Assembly: GCA_023459335.1 (NCBI GenBank)
Contig: JAEWUO010000005.1
Coordinates: forward strand, 11,168 to 75,167
Length of the DNA: 64,000 nucleotides
Reading direction: 5' to 3'
Source of the DNA: Bacillota bacterium
Lineage (GTDB): Bacteria > Bacillota > Clostridia > Christensenellales > CAG-138
In this document: piece after piece, positions 49,135 to 58,807 of the stretch
Layout: each line of letters begins with the position of its first letter
Numbering within the stretch: the stretch's first letter is position 1
Program-made: the position numbers and the translations under genes
The notes under the pieces: generated by a model
Told to the model about the DNA's origin: nothing
The model's database searches: none
Seen by the model: the letters and a program-made list of their open reading frames with translations, nothing else

Positions 49135-50616
49135 TCAACCGATCGCGCTGTCCATGATCGTCTGCGCGGACACCTCTTCGGGATTGAATTCCCCGGTGAT
49201 GCGGCCTTCGCAGATGGTCAGAACGCGGTTGCTCATATTCAGCACCTCCGGCAGCTCGGAGGAGATCATGATAATCGATCCGCCGTTTTCCACCACCTGC
49301 TTCATCAGCAGGTAGATTTCGTACTTGGCGCCGACGTCGATGCCGCGCGTCGGTTCGTCCATGATCAGAATCTGCGGGTTGATCTCAAGCCAGCGCCCGA
49401 CCACGCATTTTTGCTGGTTGCCGCCGGACAGGCTCAGTACGGTCGTCTGCGCGGAGGGCGTCTTGATGCCGAGGTTGCTGATCTGCCGTTCCGCGATTTC
49501 CTTTTCACTGGAGGAGTTGACAAAGCCGAACTTCGTCATCTTTTCCAGGCTCGCCATGACGATATTGCTCTGCACGGAGAAACGAAGCACAAGGCCCTGC
49601 AATTTGCGGTCTTCCGGCAGAAGGCCGATGCCGGTTTTCTTAGCGTCCGCCGGTTTTTTTATTTTAACCGGCTTGCCTTCGATCAGCACGCGGTGGCCTT
49701 TCGCCTTGTCCGCGCCGCAGATCGCGCGGGCGATTTCTGTGCGCCCCGCGCCGACCAGGCCGACGAAACCGAGGATTTCTCCCCGTTTCAGTTCAAAGGA
49801 GACGTCGTGCAGCTTATGCGTATTAATCGAACGAACCTCCATCAGCGTCTCTCCTACGCACCTGGGGCGCTCGGGGTATTCGTGTTCGATCGTACGGCCG
49901 ACCATCTTGGTGATCATCTCCGCGCGCGTCAGTTCGCCGACAGGCTTCGTATCGATCGCGTGGCCGTCGCGCATGACGGTGACGATGTCGCACAGCTCGA
50001 AGATTTCATCCAATTTATGGCTGATATAGATGATGGAAACGCCGCGCGCTTTTAAGTCGCTGATGATGGAAAACAGCTGCTTGAGTTCGTCGCTGGTGAG
50101 AGAGCTGCTCGGCTCGTCCATGATGATCAGCTTGCTCTGATAAGACAGCGCTTTCGTGATCTCGACCATCTGCTTTTCCGCGGCGGAGAGGTCGCCCACC
50201 AGTACGCGCGTATCGATGGAACAGCCTATGCTGTCCAGCAGCTTCCTCGCCCGGGCGTGCGTTCCGCGCATGCCATGCATTTCGCTGAATCGCCCGAGGA
50301 AGATGTTCTCGCCGACGCTCATCGTATTCACGAGATTGAATTCCTGATAGATGATGCTTAATCCACGATTGAGCGACTCAATCGGCGTCGTATGTTCAAT
50401 CGTCTCCCCGTCGAAAACGACCGTGCCGGTGTCCTTCGTGTAAACGCCGGACAAAATCTTCATCAGAGTCGATTTCCCCGCGCCGTTTTCTCCTACGATG
50501 CCGTGCACAATGCCCCGCGCGACTTCGATCGAGACATTGTCCAGCGCTTTTACGCCGGGGAACGATTTGCTAACGTTTTTCATGGAAAGGATGATTCCCG
50601 AATCCTTCTTCTCCAC
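49135..50616 (-). CDS. Sugar ABC transporter ATP-binding protein (duplicated NBD, RbsA/MglA-like)
   Basis: Two Walker A motifs (GENGAGKST, GLVGAGRTE) and two signature motifs (LSAAEKQ, LSGGNQQK). GTG start. Confidence 0.92.
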   Translation of the reverse strand: MEKKDSGIILSMKNVSKSFPGVKALDNVSIEVARGIVHGIVGENGAGKSTLMKILSGVYTKDTGTVVFDGETIEHTTPIESLNRGLSIIYQEFNLVNTMSVGENIFLGRFSEMHGMRGTHARARKLLDSIGCSIDTRVLVGDLSAAEKQMVEITKALSYQSKLIIMDEPSSSLTSDELKQLFSIISDLKARGVSIIYISHKLDEIFELCDIVTVMRDGHAIDTKPVGELTRAEMITKMVGRTIEHEYPERPRCVGETLMEVRSINTHKLHDVSFELKRGEILGFVGLVGAGRTEIARAICGADKAKGHRVLIEGKPVKIKKPADAKKTGIGLLPEDRKLQGLVLRFSVQSNIVMASLEKMTKFGFVNSSSEKEIAERQISNLGIKTPSAQTTVLSLSGGNQQKCVVGRWLEINPQILIMDEPTRGIDVGAKYEIYLLMKQVVENGGSIIMISSELPEVLNMSNRVLTICEGRITGEFNPEEVSAQTIMDSAIG

Positions 50617-50769
50617 CCGTCTTTTCCCCTTTCAAGTATTCTCCGCGCAGCGTCCCTGCCTGCATTTTAACATGAACAAACTCCCGCGTCGTCATTTTTT
50701 GCCAGTGTGAAAACCGCCCGGCCCCCGAAGGAGCCGGGCAGCCCAAATTGCGCTAGTTCCGGTTCGAGT

Positions 50770-51786
50770 TTACCATTCCGGATACGGGAGAATGTCCACG
50801 TTATCCTTTGTGACGACGTCGAGCGGGATGAAGTTGACCGCCTCAAACGTGCCGCCTTCCAGCTTCGCCTTTGCGCACTTGAGGCTCTGGATGGCCATGT
50901 TCGTGAAGCTCTGGCCGATACTGACCGCCTGCGTTCCGGCTTTGACCTGGTCGTAACCGGCGCGGCATCCGTCGACCGCAACCAGGTATACGCCCGTCAT
51001 ATTGGCGTTCTTGAGCGCTTCAATCACGCCCGTCGCGCCGTTATCCCAGTGGCAGAAGACACCCTGAATCTGATCGCCGTATTTCACGATGAAGTCTTCC
51101 ATAATGGCCATCGCATCCGCTGTGACCCAGCCGGAGCAGTTCTGGCTGTCCAGAAGGGTGATGTTGGTGCCGTTGATGACCTGACGGAAACCGTCCGCGC
51201 GCTTGATCTGCGCGTCGTGACCAGCCTGGCCGCCGACTTCCACGATGGTTGCGCCGTCCGGGAAATGATCGACAAACGCCTGGCCCGCCGTCTGGCCCGC
51301 CATGGTGTCGTCAACGCCGCAGAAGAAATCACGGTACTGCTGCGATTCCGCCGGGAGGTCCGAAGAGAACATGCCGACGACTACGCCCGCCTCTTTGGCT
51401 TCCATCAGGCTCGGAACGATCGCGTTGATGTCGCTCGGGTTGATGAAGATGACGTCGTAATCCTGCGCGATGCAGGTGCTGACGGCTTTCGCTTCGTTCT
51501 GAACATCGTTTTGTCCTTCAAACACATCCACGGAGAAGCCGTATTCCGGGGCATACTGCTGCAGCTGCTTCCAGGAATAGGCCTGCGACTCGTTGGAGAG
51601 CGCCTGCGTAATGAACGCGGCTTTGTAGGTCGTCGCTTCGGGTTCGGCGGCGGGCGCCTCTGTGGCTTCCGCTGTCGCGGCTTCCGTCGCGGGTTCCGCC
51701 GCGGCGGGTTCGGTGACAGGTTTGCAGGCGAACACGCCCACTACCATCATGAGAGCCAGGAGCAGTACGAGAATCTTTTTGGACAT
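50770..51786 (-). CDS. Sugar ABC transporter substrate-binding lipoprotein (PBP type I)
   Basis: Signal peptide plus lipobox (VGVFAC), an Ala/Glu/Pro/Thr linker, then an RbsB-like fold pattern. AGGAGGAA RBS. Confidence 0.88.
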   Translation of the reverse strand: MSKKILVLLLALMMVVGVFACKPVTEPAAAEPATEAATAEATEAPAAEPEATTYKAAFITQALSNESQAYSWKQLQQYAPEYGFSVDVFEGQNDVQNEAKAVSTCIAQDYDVIFINPSDINAIVPSLMEAKEAGVVVGMFSSDLPAESQQYRDFFCGVDDTMAGQTAGQAFVDHFPDGATIVEVGGQAGHDAQIKRADGFRQVINGTNITLLDSQNCSGWVTADAMAIMEDFIVKYGDQIQGVFCHWDNGATGVIEALKNANMTGVYLVAVDGCRAGYDQVKAGTQAVSIGQSFTNMAIQSLKCAKAKLEGGTFEAVNFIPLDVVTKDNVDILPYPEW

Positions 51787-51898
51787 TCTGTTATTCCTCC
51801 TTTTTATTTAAGCATCCGGCGCGCGTATCGTCGGGCGTTCGCCGTCTGCTTATTCCGTATGCAGTGCGCCTGCCGTTTTGCCCGGCGCTTCGTCCCGA

Positions 51899-52759
51899 TC
51901 AGCTCAGCGCTTCCTGCAGCGCCTTGAGCATGACAGATTTGTCGGGTTTCAAGCCCGTCCACATCTCGATATTGATCGCCGCCTGGTTGATCAGCATGCC
52001 GGTTCCGGTGTTCCATCTTGCGCCGCGCGCCTGCGCCGCGCGCAGAAACGGCGTAACCGCCGGGTTCGGAATCACGTCCTGCACGAACATCGTCGGCAGG
52101 ATCGTATCCGGATCGATATTCGGCATCTCGTCCACGTTGGGATATAACCCGATCGGGGTCGCGTTGACGAGGATATCGGTATCCGCGGGAACCCGGTAGG
52201 TGTGATCCCAGGTCACGAACGCGTTTTGCTTCATGATTTTACCCAGCAGCTCCATCAGGCTCTTTGCCAGCGCCGCGTCTTCGGGACGGTTGACGATGGT
52301 GATGCTGCCGGCGCCCGCGAGCGAGAGTTCCACGCTGACCGCGCGTGCGGCTCCACCCGCGCCGAGGATGACGATCTTCTTGCCCTTCGGGTCTACATGG
52401 TTGTCCTGCAGGGATTCCATGAACCCTTTGCCGTCCGTGTTTTCACCGAACAACCTGCCGTCCGTATTGACGATCGTGTTCACCGCGCCGATGAGCCGCG
52501 CGCTTTCCGAAAGCTCGTCGAGATATCGAATCACGTTGATCTTGTGCGGAATCGTGCAGTTGATGCCGCGCATCTTAAAAGCCTTCAGCCCTTTGATCGC
52601 GTCCTCCAGTTTATCGGGGTCTACGTCGATGGTCAGAAACCGCCAGAGGTTCAGGCCCAGCGCCCGAAAAGCCGCCTCCTGAATGACGACGCCGGGGTTT
52701 TCCGCCGCCGGATGCCCGAACACGCCGACCAGACAATCCAGATAATTCTGCTCTTTCAT
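51899..52759 (-). CDS. AroE-family (shikimate/quinate dehydrogenase-like) oxidoreductase with a non-canonical substrate motif
   Basis: TIPHK, AVNT, NTDG and GAGGAARA motifs are conserved. The N-terminal GxPxxHSxSP motif is replaced by GHPAAENPGV. Confidence 0.8.
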   Translation of the reverse strand: MKEQNYLDCLVGVFGHPAAENPGVVIQEAAFRALGLNLWRFLTIDVDPDKLEDAIKGLKAFKMRGINCTIPHKINVIRYLDELSESARLIGAVNTIVNTDGRLFGENTDGKGFMESLQDNHVDPKGKKIVILGAGGAARAVSVELSLAGAGSITIVNRPEDAALAKSLMELLGKIMKQNAFVTWDHTYRVPADTDILVNATPIGLYPNVDEMPNIDPDTILPTMFVQDVIPNPAVTPFLRAAQARGARWNTGTGMLINQAAINIEMWTGLKPDKSVMLKALQEALS

Positions 52760-52800
52760 CGTTTTACGCCTCCGAATTTCGTCAAATGCGGCCCGGTTCT

Positions 52801-54564
52801 TTACAACTGAGACGCCGCGAAGTACGCCGCGCCGACCGCCTGCCCAAACTGCGCCACCGTATGCGCGGGATCGTTTTTCAGATCCATCATGAGCGGAGTG
52901 AACGCAAAGTTCCCATCCCCCGCGATAAACTCTACGGGGCAGCGCGCGTTTGCGCCCTCCTGCATCAGATCAAAACAGCGTTTATGCTTCACAAACCGGC
53001 CGAAGAGCACACGAGAGCGGCTCTTTGGGGCGAGCATCCACTCGGTCTCCTCAAACGTAACCGCGAGAAACTCGCCGATTTCGCGGAAGATCTCCGCCGC
53101 CGCAGGATCTCCTTCGGAGGCAAGGCGCATCAGATGCTCCAGAAGCGGTTTGCGCATGTCCGAAGGCGACTGGCAGACATACACGCCGCCTTCCCGCCGT
53201 TCCAGAAATCCTTTTTCGAAGAGTTCGGCATACCGCTGCGGGGATTTTTCCTCAAAGATCCGCAGCGCGAGTCGGTAAGCGCCGCTCTGGCTGCAATACT
53301 TCTGCAGCGTCCCAGGCAGGCTGGTGTTGAAGTTATTCACGCTGCGCGCATCCAGTTCGTGATAAGCGCGCGCGGGGCGGTTGCCGAGGTCGATGATGCA
53401 GTTATAGATCTCCAGCGGAATCTGCGGAATTTCGCCCGTTTCGTCGATCCAGCCTGTGCCGAGCTCGGTGCCCAGCGTGTGGGCGAACACGCCGCTGGCG
53501 ACCGAATCCGCTTCGCCGGAGTGGGCCAGTTCCACCGCCGCGGTGTATGCCGCGAGCGATCCGTCGTTCGCCATGTGTACCTTGCCGCCGGCACGGCACT
53601 GCTGAAGAAGAAGCGTGTTCAGCGCGGTGAGCTTTAAAAATTCCGATTCATAATCGCCGGATGCGTTGCGGATGCCGCGCGTTTTATAGGTTTCCCCGCC
53701 AACGATCTTGTCTGCGATCACCACATCCGGAAAGCACACGCCGATGCCGTCGAGAAGCGGCGCTTCGCCGTATACCGCGCGGCAGGTATCCGCCGCGCTT
53801 TGCATCGCCTCGAAGGATACGCCTTTTTTGAGCATCTGTTCCTTCAGCGAGTCCGCTTCCGGCGTATTTGGCAGGGACATCGCCGCGCGCACCACCCGCG
53901 ACATGAGCAGAATCGGTTCGATCACCTGTTCCACTTTCGTCATCTCGGCGGGAAACCAGTCGTATTCCTTGACCGCTGCGATCCGCCCGTTTCGGATACC
54001 GACCACCTTGATGTCGGTGCCTCCGATGTCGATGCCGCAGAGCGTCGCTTCGCGGGATTTCTTCACCGCCGCCCTGCAGGCGGTCACCGCGTCCAGGTGC
54101 GGCCTGACCTGCGTATGTTCCGGCTGCGGAAGCGATTCCGCGATGATAAATGTAAACGGAGCCAGTCCCAGAGCCGCATTGATGCGGTCCGTCACGTTAA
54201 GGCACTTGCCGTAGCCGCGCCGCTCGCGCTTTGGCAGATGTACCTGGAATACGCGTTCCAGCGTTTCGCAGAGGTTTCGCGCGAACGTGTCGCCGGGTGT
54301 GATAACGAGCGTCATGCCTGCGCCGCCGTACGCGGAGATAAAGTTGTAAAGGCTGGCGTAAAAATACTCCCTGACAAAAGACTGTTCCGCTTCGTCCGCC
54401 GTCTCGGGGAGGCGGATTTCCCAGCGTCTGCTTGTGCCGGCGGCGAGCGTAAGATCGCACTCGATCCGGCAGAGCGCGCCGCGAAACGCCTTTCGAATAT
54501 CGGTGATATAGACGTTTTCGCCCCGTTCGGCCTTGGTCAGAAACTCCTGCACCATCGCGTTCAT
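52801..54564 (-). CDS. Atypical ROK/ASKHA-type sugar-kinase-like protein with an extra ~170-aa N-terminal domain
   Basis: GIDIGGTDIKV (phosphate-1), NDGSLAAYTAA and TLGTELGTG motifs. It lacks the ROK CxCGxxGC zinc motif. 587 aa. Confidence 0.7.
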   Translation of the reverse strand: MNAMVQEFLTKAERGENVYITDIRKAFRGALCRIECDLTLAAGTSRRWEIRLPETADEAEQSFVREYFYASLYNFISAYGGAGMTLVITPGDTFARNLCETLERVFQVHLPKRERRGYGKCLNVTDRINAALGLAPFTFIIAESLPQPEHTQVRPHLDAVTACRAAVKKSREATLCGIDIGGTDIKVVGIRNGRIAAVKEYDWFPAEMTKVEQVIEPILLMSRVVRAAMSLPNTPEADSLKEQMLKKGVSFEAMQSAADTCRAVYGEAPLLDGIGVCFPDVVIADKIVGGETYKTRGIRNASGDYESEFLKLTALNTLLLQQCRAGGKVHMANDGSLAAYTAAVELAHSGEADSVASGVFAHTLGTELGTGWIDETGEIPQIPLEIYNCIIDLGNRPARAYHELDARSVNNFNTSLPGTLQKYCSQSGAYRLALRIFEEKSPQRYAELFEKGFLERREGGVYVCQSPSDMRKPLLEHLMRLASEGDPAAAEIFREIGEFLAVTFEETEWMLAPKSRSRVLFGRFVKHKRCFDLMQEGANARCPVEFIAGDGNFAFTPLMMDLKNDPAHTVAQFGQAVGAAYFAASQL

Positions 54565-54573
54565 CCATCCATC

Positions 54574-55470
54574 CTAGAGTGCCGTCAGGCCGCAGCCTGT
54601 CAGTATTCGCTTCAGCGCGCGCACCGTTTCTTCCGGTATCTCGCGCTGATTCGTGTCAAATGCGTACTCCCGCCGCAGGGATTCGTACTTCTCCCGCGCC
54701 ATGGGGTTAAAGTTGAGCAGTTCAACGGGAAATGCTCCGCCGATGGAAACGAGGAATTCCGCAATGCCCCGGATGTTTTCCTCGTCGTCCGTAAAACCCG
54801 GAATCAGCGGTACGCGGATCAGAACGTTCGCGTCTTTTGCCGCGAGGCGGGCGATGTTGTTCAGGATCGTCGCGTTATCCGCGGCGGTTGCCGCCCTGTG
54901 CCGCGCGGAATCGATCAGCTTGATGTCCGCGATGATCTTATCCGTCGTTTCGCGGAACGCGTCCACGATTTCCGGTTTTGCGAACAGGCTCGTTTCGATC
55001 TGCGTATTAATCCCGCGTGCGCGGCAGCCGCGAAGGACCTCGAGGGAGAACGCAGGGCTTTGCATACATTCCCCGCCGGAGAGGGTCACGCCGCCGTCTT
55101 TTCCGTAAAACGGCCGGTCCTTCCCGATCTCGAAGAGGACTTCCTCCACGCTCATTTCCCGCGCGTCGAATCGGATGGCGCCGGTCGGGCAGGCCGTCAC
55201 GCAGGCGCCGCAGCGCGTGCATGCGTCATGGCCGATGTTCACGCCCTTTTCGTCCCAGCTCAGCGCGCCGTAGTCGCATGCGGCGATGCAGCTCTTGCAG
55301 GCCACGCAGAGGTTTTTCGCATACCAGAGCCGGATTTCGGGGATCAGCCCTTCGGGATTCTGGCACCAGCGGCAGGCGAGCGGGCATCCTTTGAGGAATA
55401 TCGTCGTGCGGATGCCGTCCCCGTCGTTGATCGAAAACCGCTTGATGTCGAATACGTTTGCGGTGGTCAT
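54574..55470 (-). CDS. Glycyl-radical enzyme activating enzyme (radical SAM)
   Basis: CPLACRWCQNPE (CxxxCxxC) plus two ferredoxin-like clusters (CVACKSCIAAC, CTRCGACVTACP). The ATG overlaps the GRE1 stop (ATGA). Confidence 0.93.
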   Translation of the reverse strand: MTTANVFDIKRFSINDGDGIRTTIFLKGCPLACRWCQNPEGLIPEIRLWYAKNLCVACKSCIAACDYGALSWDEKGVNIGHDACTRCGACVTACPTGAIRFDAREMSVEEVLFEIGKDRPFYGKDGGVTLSGGECMQSPAFSLEVLRGCRARGINTQIETSLFAKPEIVDAFRETTDKIIADIKLIDSARHRAATAADNATILNNIARLAAKDANVLIRVPLIPGFTDDEENIRGIAEFLVSIGGAFPVELLNFNPMAREKYESLRREYAFDTNQREIPEETVRALKRILTGCGLTAL

Positions 55471-57821
55471 ATATCCGCGAACTCGGTGCGCTCGATAATC
55501 TCCCGCTGAAGATCCGGCGCCAGCTCCGTAAAATACGCCGTATATCCGGCCACGCGGATCGTGAGGCTCCGGTAAAGCTCCGGTTTTTCCTGCGCCGCGA
55601 GCAGATCCGCGCGGTTCACCACGTTGAACTGCACGTGGATGATCCGCAGGTCGATGAACGCTCGCAGCAGCCGGACGAACTTTGTCACGCCGAGTTCGGT
55701 TTGAAACAGGCTCGGCAGGAATTTCATGTTCAGCAGCGTGCCGTTGCTGCCGTATTCGCTCTTGACGCGGGACACGCTCTTGAGTACCGCCGTCGGCCCG
55801 TGGCTGTCCCGTCCATAGACCGGGGACATGCCGCCGTCGGCAAGCGGCTCCTTTGCGAGCCTGCCGTCCGGCGTCGCGCCGACGTTCTGCCCCATCGGCA
55901 CATGCGCGGAAACGGTGTACAGCCCCATCTGATACGGGCCGCCGCGCGCGTTGGTGTAGCGGTTCAGCCGCTCGGCAAACGCTTTCGCCCAGTCGAACGC
56001 GATCGCGTCCACCCAGTCGACGTCGTTGCCGTACTTCGGCGCCTTGTTCAAAAGGCGCAGCCGGAGCAGTTCGGCGTTTTCAAAATTCGAAACCAGCGCC
56101 TGATGCAGCTCTTTCCGGCCGACGAGTTTTTCGTCGTAGACCAGCGTTTTGAGCGCGGCCAGGCTGTCGGCCACGTTCGCACACTGGATCGCCTGAATGC
56201 CGGAGAGGTTATAGTGCGCGCCGCCTGCGGTCACGTCTACGCCTTTCTCCATGCAGTCGTCGATCACACAGGAGAGAAACGGCGAGGGCAGCAGCTCCGC
56301 GTGCGCTTTTTCCACCACTTCGCAGCAGCGGATCATGCGCTCAAAAAAGAAATCAACCTGCGCGTTCAGCGCGCCGAGCACGTCTTCGTACGTTTCAAAA
56401 TCCTCGATCGTGCCGGTGTGCGCGCCCATCTGTTTGCCTGTGAGCGTACACACGCCGTCGTTGAGCGCGAGCTCCAGCGCCTTGACAAGGTTGAACATCG
56501 CCGCGTCGCTCCAGCCGAGGTTATTGCCCATGGTTGTGAGTTCCACGCAGCCGACGATGGCGTAATTGCGCGCATCCTCGTCGGAAATGCCCTTGCCCAT
56601 CAGCGCGGGGATTACCGCTTCGTCGTTGAAAAACTGCGGCATGCCGCTGCCTCTGCCCACCACCTCGGAACAGCGGGTGAGAAAATGCTCGCCGGAGCCT
56701 TCGAACACGCGCGCCGAGAGGTTCGGCTGCGGCAGAAGCAGGTGCTCCTGCGCGCGGAGGAAGAGATAGGTCAGTTCGTTTTCCGCCGGTTCCCCCGCGT
56801 CGTTCTGCCCGCCGATTGCGACATTGAACCCGATCGGAAATCCCGCGAAATACTTCGCGCTGGAGGCGCTGCGCAGATACACGATCTGGTTAAATTTGAG
56901 GAACAGGCATTCGATCATTTCAAGCGCGGACTGATGCGTTATGGCGCCGGACGCGATGTCTTTCTCGTAATATGGATACAAATACTGGTCCATGCGCCCC
57001 GGCGAAAACGAAGAGGCGTTGCTTTCCATCTGCAGAATCACATATAAAAACCAGCTCGACTGCACCGCTTCGCGGAACGTCTGCGGCGGGCGCTCGGAAA
57101 GCGCGTCGCACACGCGGGCGATCTCCAGAAGTTCGCCCTTCTGTGCGGAGGACGCCGCCGTTTCCCGCGCGAGCGCGGCGTATCGGCGCATGAAGATCTG
57201 CGCGCCCTCCAGCGAGAGGATCAATCCGTCGTAAAAGCCGGCATGATCCGGGTTTTTAGCGCGGTCGGCTTTGGCGAGGCCGATGAGCCCGTTCGGCCCG
57301 TATTCCAGCCAGCGTTCGGTGTTCGGGCAGATGTGCCCCTGCGCGTGGTCGGTCTGGTTGATCTTTGCGACCTTGCCGATGGCGCGCATCTCGCCGCCGA
57401 TACGCTCGTCCAGGATATCCTCCAGCGTCATTCCCTTCCAGAACGGGAAAATCTCGATTTTAAACGTCTCGGCGTCCTCGCTCCGGACGCCGAACGGATC
57501 CTGCGCGCGCGTCGGAAGCTGCCCGATCTCGCGGTCGACCCAGCTTAATCCCGATTCGGGAAAGATCACGCCCGCGCGCACGCCGGTCGTGCGGTTTCCG
57601 ACGATCAGCTCCCCATCGGTGATGCGGATTTCAATGCGGGAAAGCGCCTCTTTCAGCGCCAGCGCGCGGAGGATATTTCTCGGCAGCCCCGCGTTTTTAC
57701 GGTATACTTCTGTGACGATCTTCGCCTGTTCGACCGACATGAACCGGTCCTCGGCGAACATGGCTTCCTTCAGTTTTTGAACACGAATGCTCAGCGGCAG
57801 CTGATCGATTTTCGTTTTCAT
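55467..57821 (-). CDS. Glycyl radical enzyme 1 (PFL2/eliminase class, PflD-like)
   Basis: Gly-radical loop RVAGYTAYF (Gly759, 55545-55547). Cys loop GCVEL (Cys425 at 56547-56549, Glu427). No PFL-type CC pair. Confidence 0.92.
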   Translation of the reverse strand: MKTKIDQLPLSIRVQKLKEAMFAEDRFMSVEQAKIVTEVYRKNAGLPRNILRALALKEALSRIEIRITDGELIVGNRTTGVRAGVIFPESGLSWVDREIGQLPTRAQDPFGVRSEDAETFKIEIFPFWKGMTLEDILDERIGGEMRAIGKVAKINQTDHAQGHICPNTERWLEYGPNGLIGLAKADRAKNPDHAGFYDGLILSLEGAQIFMRRYAALARETAASSAQKGELLEIARVCDALSERPPQTFREAVQSSWFLYVILQMESNASSFSPGRMDQYLYPYYEKDIASGAITHQSALEMIECLFLKFNQIVYLRSASSAKYFAGFPIGFNVAIGGQNDAGEPAENELTYLFLRAQEHLLLPQPNLSARVFEGSGEHFLTRCSEVVGRGSGMPQFFNDEAVIPALMGKGISDEDARNYAIVGCVELTTMGNNLGWSDAAMFNLVKALELALNDGVCTLTGKQMGAHTGTIEDFETYEDVLGALNAQVDFFFERMIRCCEVVEKAHAELLPSPFLSCVIDDCMEKGVDVTAGGAHYNLSGIQAIQCANVADSLAALKTLVYDEKLVGRKELHQALVSNFENAELLRLRLLNKAPKYGNDVDWVDAIAFDWAKAFAERLNRYTNARGGPYQMGLYTVSAHVPMGQNVGATPDGRLAKEPLADGGMSPVYGRDSHGPTAVLKSVSRVKSEYGSNGTLLNMKFLPSLFQTELGVTKFVRLLRAFIDLRIIHVQFNVVNRADLLAAQEKPELYRSLTIRVAGYTAYFTELAPDLQREIIERTEFADI

Positions 57822-57972
57822 GTTAGGTTGTTTCCTCGGTGTTTGTTACGAACGTAAGTGAATCGAATGTGAATAGAATTAATCTGCTTGTTTCTATAAA
57901 AATGCTATCATAAAAAAAACGGCTGTGAAACCGTTTTGCGTGTTTAAAAGGTGTATTATCGTGAACCATATT

Positions 57973-58773
57973 TTAATTGGATGCTTCTTTGTTCCGGTAT
58001 TCCCGCGTGGACATACCCGTATACGCGCGAAACGCACGGTAAAAAAACTTTGTGGAATGGTAACCCGTCTGATAAGCGATCTCCTCGGTGTTCATGCTCG
58101 ACGCGGCGAGCATGGTCTTCGCGGTCTCCATGCGAAGGGAGTTCAGGCATTCCATCAGGGAAACGCCGGTTTTCCGTTTAAACGCGCGGCTGAGATAGGA
58201 TTTGCTGACGTAGACCATGTCCGCAAGCTGCTGCACGCTGATGCCCTCGGTCAGGTGGTCCTGCATATAGAGGATTACACGGCTGACCATGTCGCTCTCC
58301 GTCTGCTTTTCGTAATAATGCTTTCCGATGAGGATGGCGATGCATTTCGCATAATGGTCAATCAGCGCCTTGCAGGGTTTCTTGCTCTTGTATTCCGCAT
58401 GCAGATTCTCCATCAGCCACTTGAAATGCGCGTCCTTGTCCTGTATGCGGATGATATCGCCCAGCTCCAGCCCGGGGATATCCACCCAGAGGCAGATGAT
58501 CTCCTGATGATGGTCGTATTGCAGGCTCTCGGTGTGCGGCTTTCCTTTGGGGTATACGATCATATCGTAAAACGAAGCCTGAACGCTCGTTTCCCCCGCG
58601 ATAACGCGCGCGTTTCCATAGAGGAAGTAGATCAGCTCGATGCAGTCGTGCGTATGTTCCTTAAAGTTCCAGATATTGCTGCGCTCATCGAAACGCTCGC
58701 AAAAGAGCACGGGCGTTTCCGACCGGTCCACCGCCGCGCAGAACTCTTCGTAACCGTTGGCAAAGAAGTCCAA
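57973..58773 (-). CDS. AraC-family transcriptional regulator (cupin sensor plus HTH)
   Basis: The C-terminal double HTH (ISVQQLADMVYVSKSYLSRAFKRKTG...EIAYQTGYHSTKFFYRAFRAYTG) is the AraC signature. TTG start with an AAGGAG RBS. Confidence 0.9.
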   Translation of the reverse strand: MDFFANGYEEFCAAVDRSETPVLFCERFDERSNIWNFKEHTHDCIELIYFLYGNARVIAGETSVQASFYDMIVYPKGKPHTESLQYDHHQEIICLWVDIPGLELGDIIRIQDKDAHFKWLMENLHAEYKSKKPCKALIDHYAKCIAILIGKHYYEKQTESDMVSRVILYMQDHLTEGISVQQLADMVYVSKSYLSRAFKRKTGVSLMECLNSLRMETAKTMLAASSMNTEEIAYQTGYHSTKFFYRAFRAYTGMSTREYRNKEASN

Positions 58774-58807
58774 TCCGCTCGCTCCTTTTTATTCGCGTCC
58801 CCTTCTC

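Noticed and set aside
53800-57047. Long plus-strand ORFs 53800-55509 and 55458-57047
   Set aside because: They are antisense to the ROK-like, activase and GRE1 genes, all of which have diagnostic motifs. The translations are Arg/Ala/Gly-rich.
57917-57936. Hairpin AAAACGG-N8-CCGTTTT after the AraC gene, considered as a terminator
   Set aside because: The stem is only 7 bp and mostly A-T, with three G-C pairs. It is too weak to call, although a T-run follows on the minus strand.
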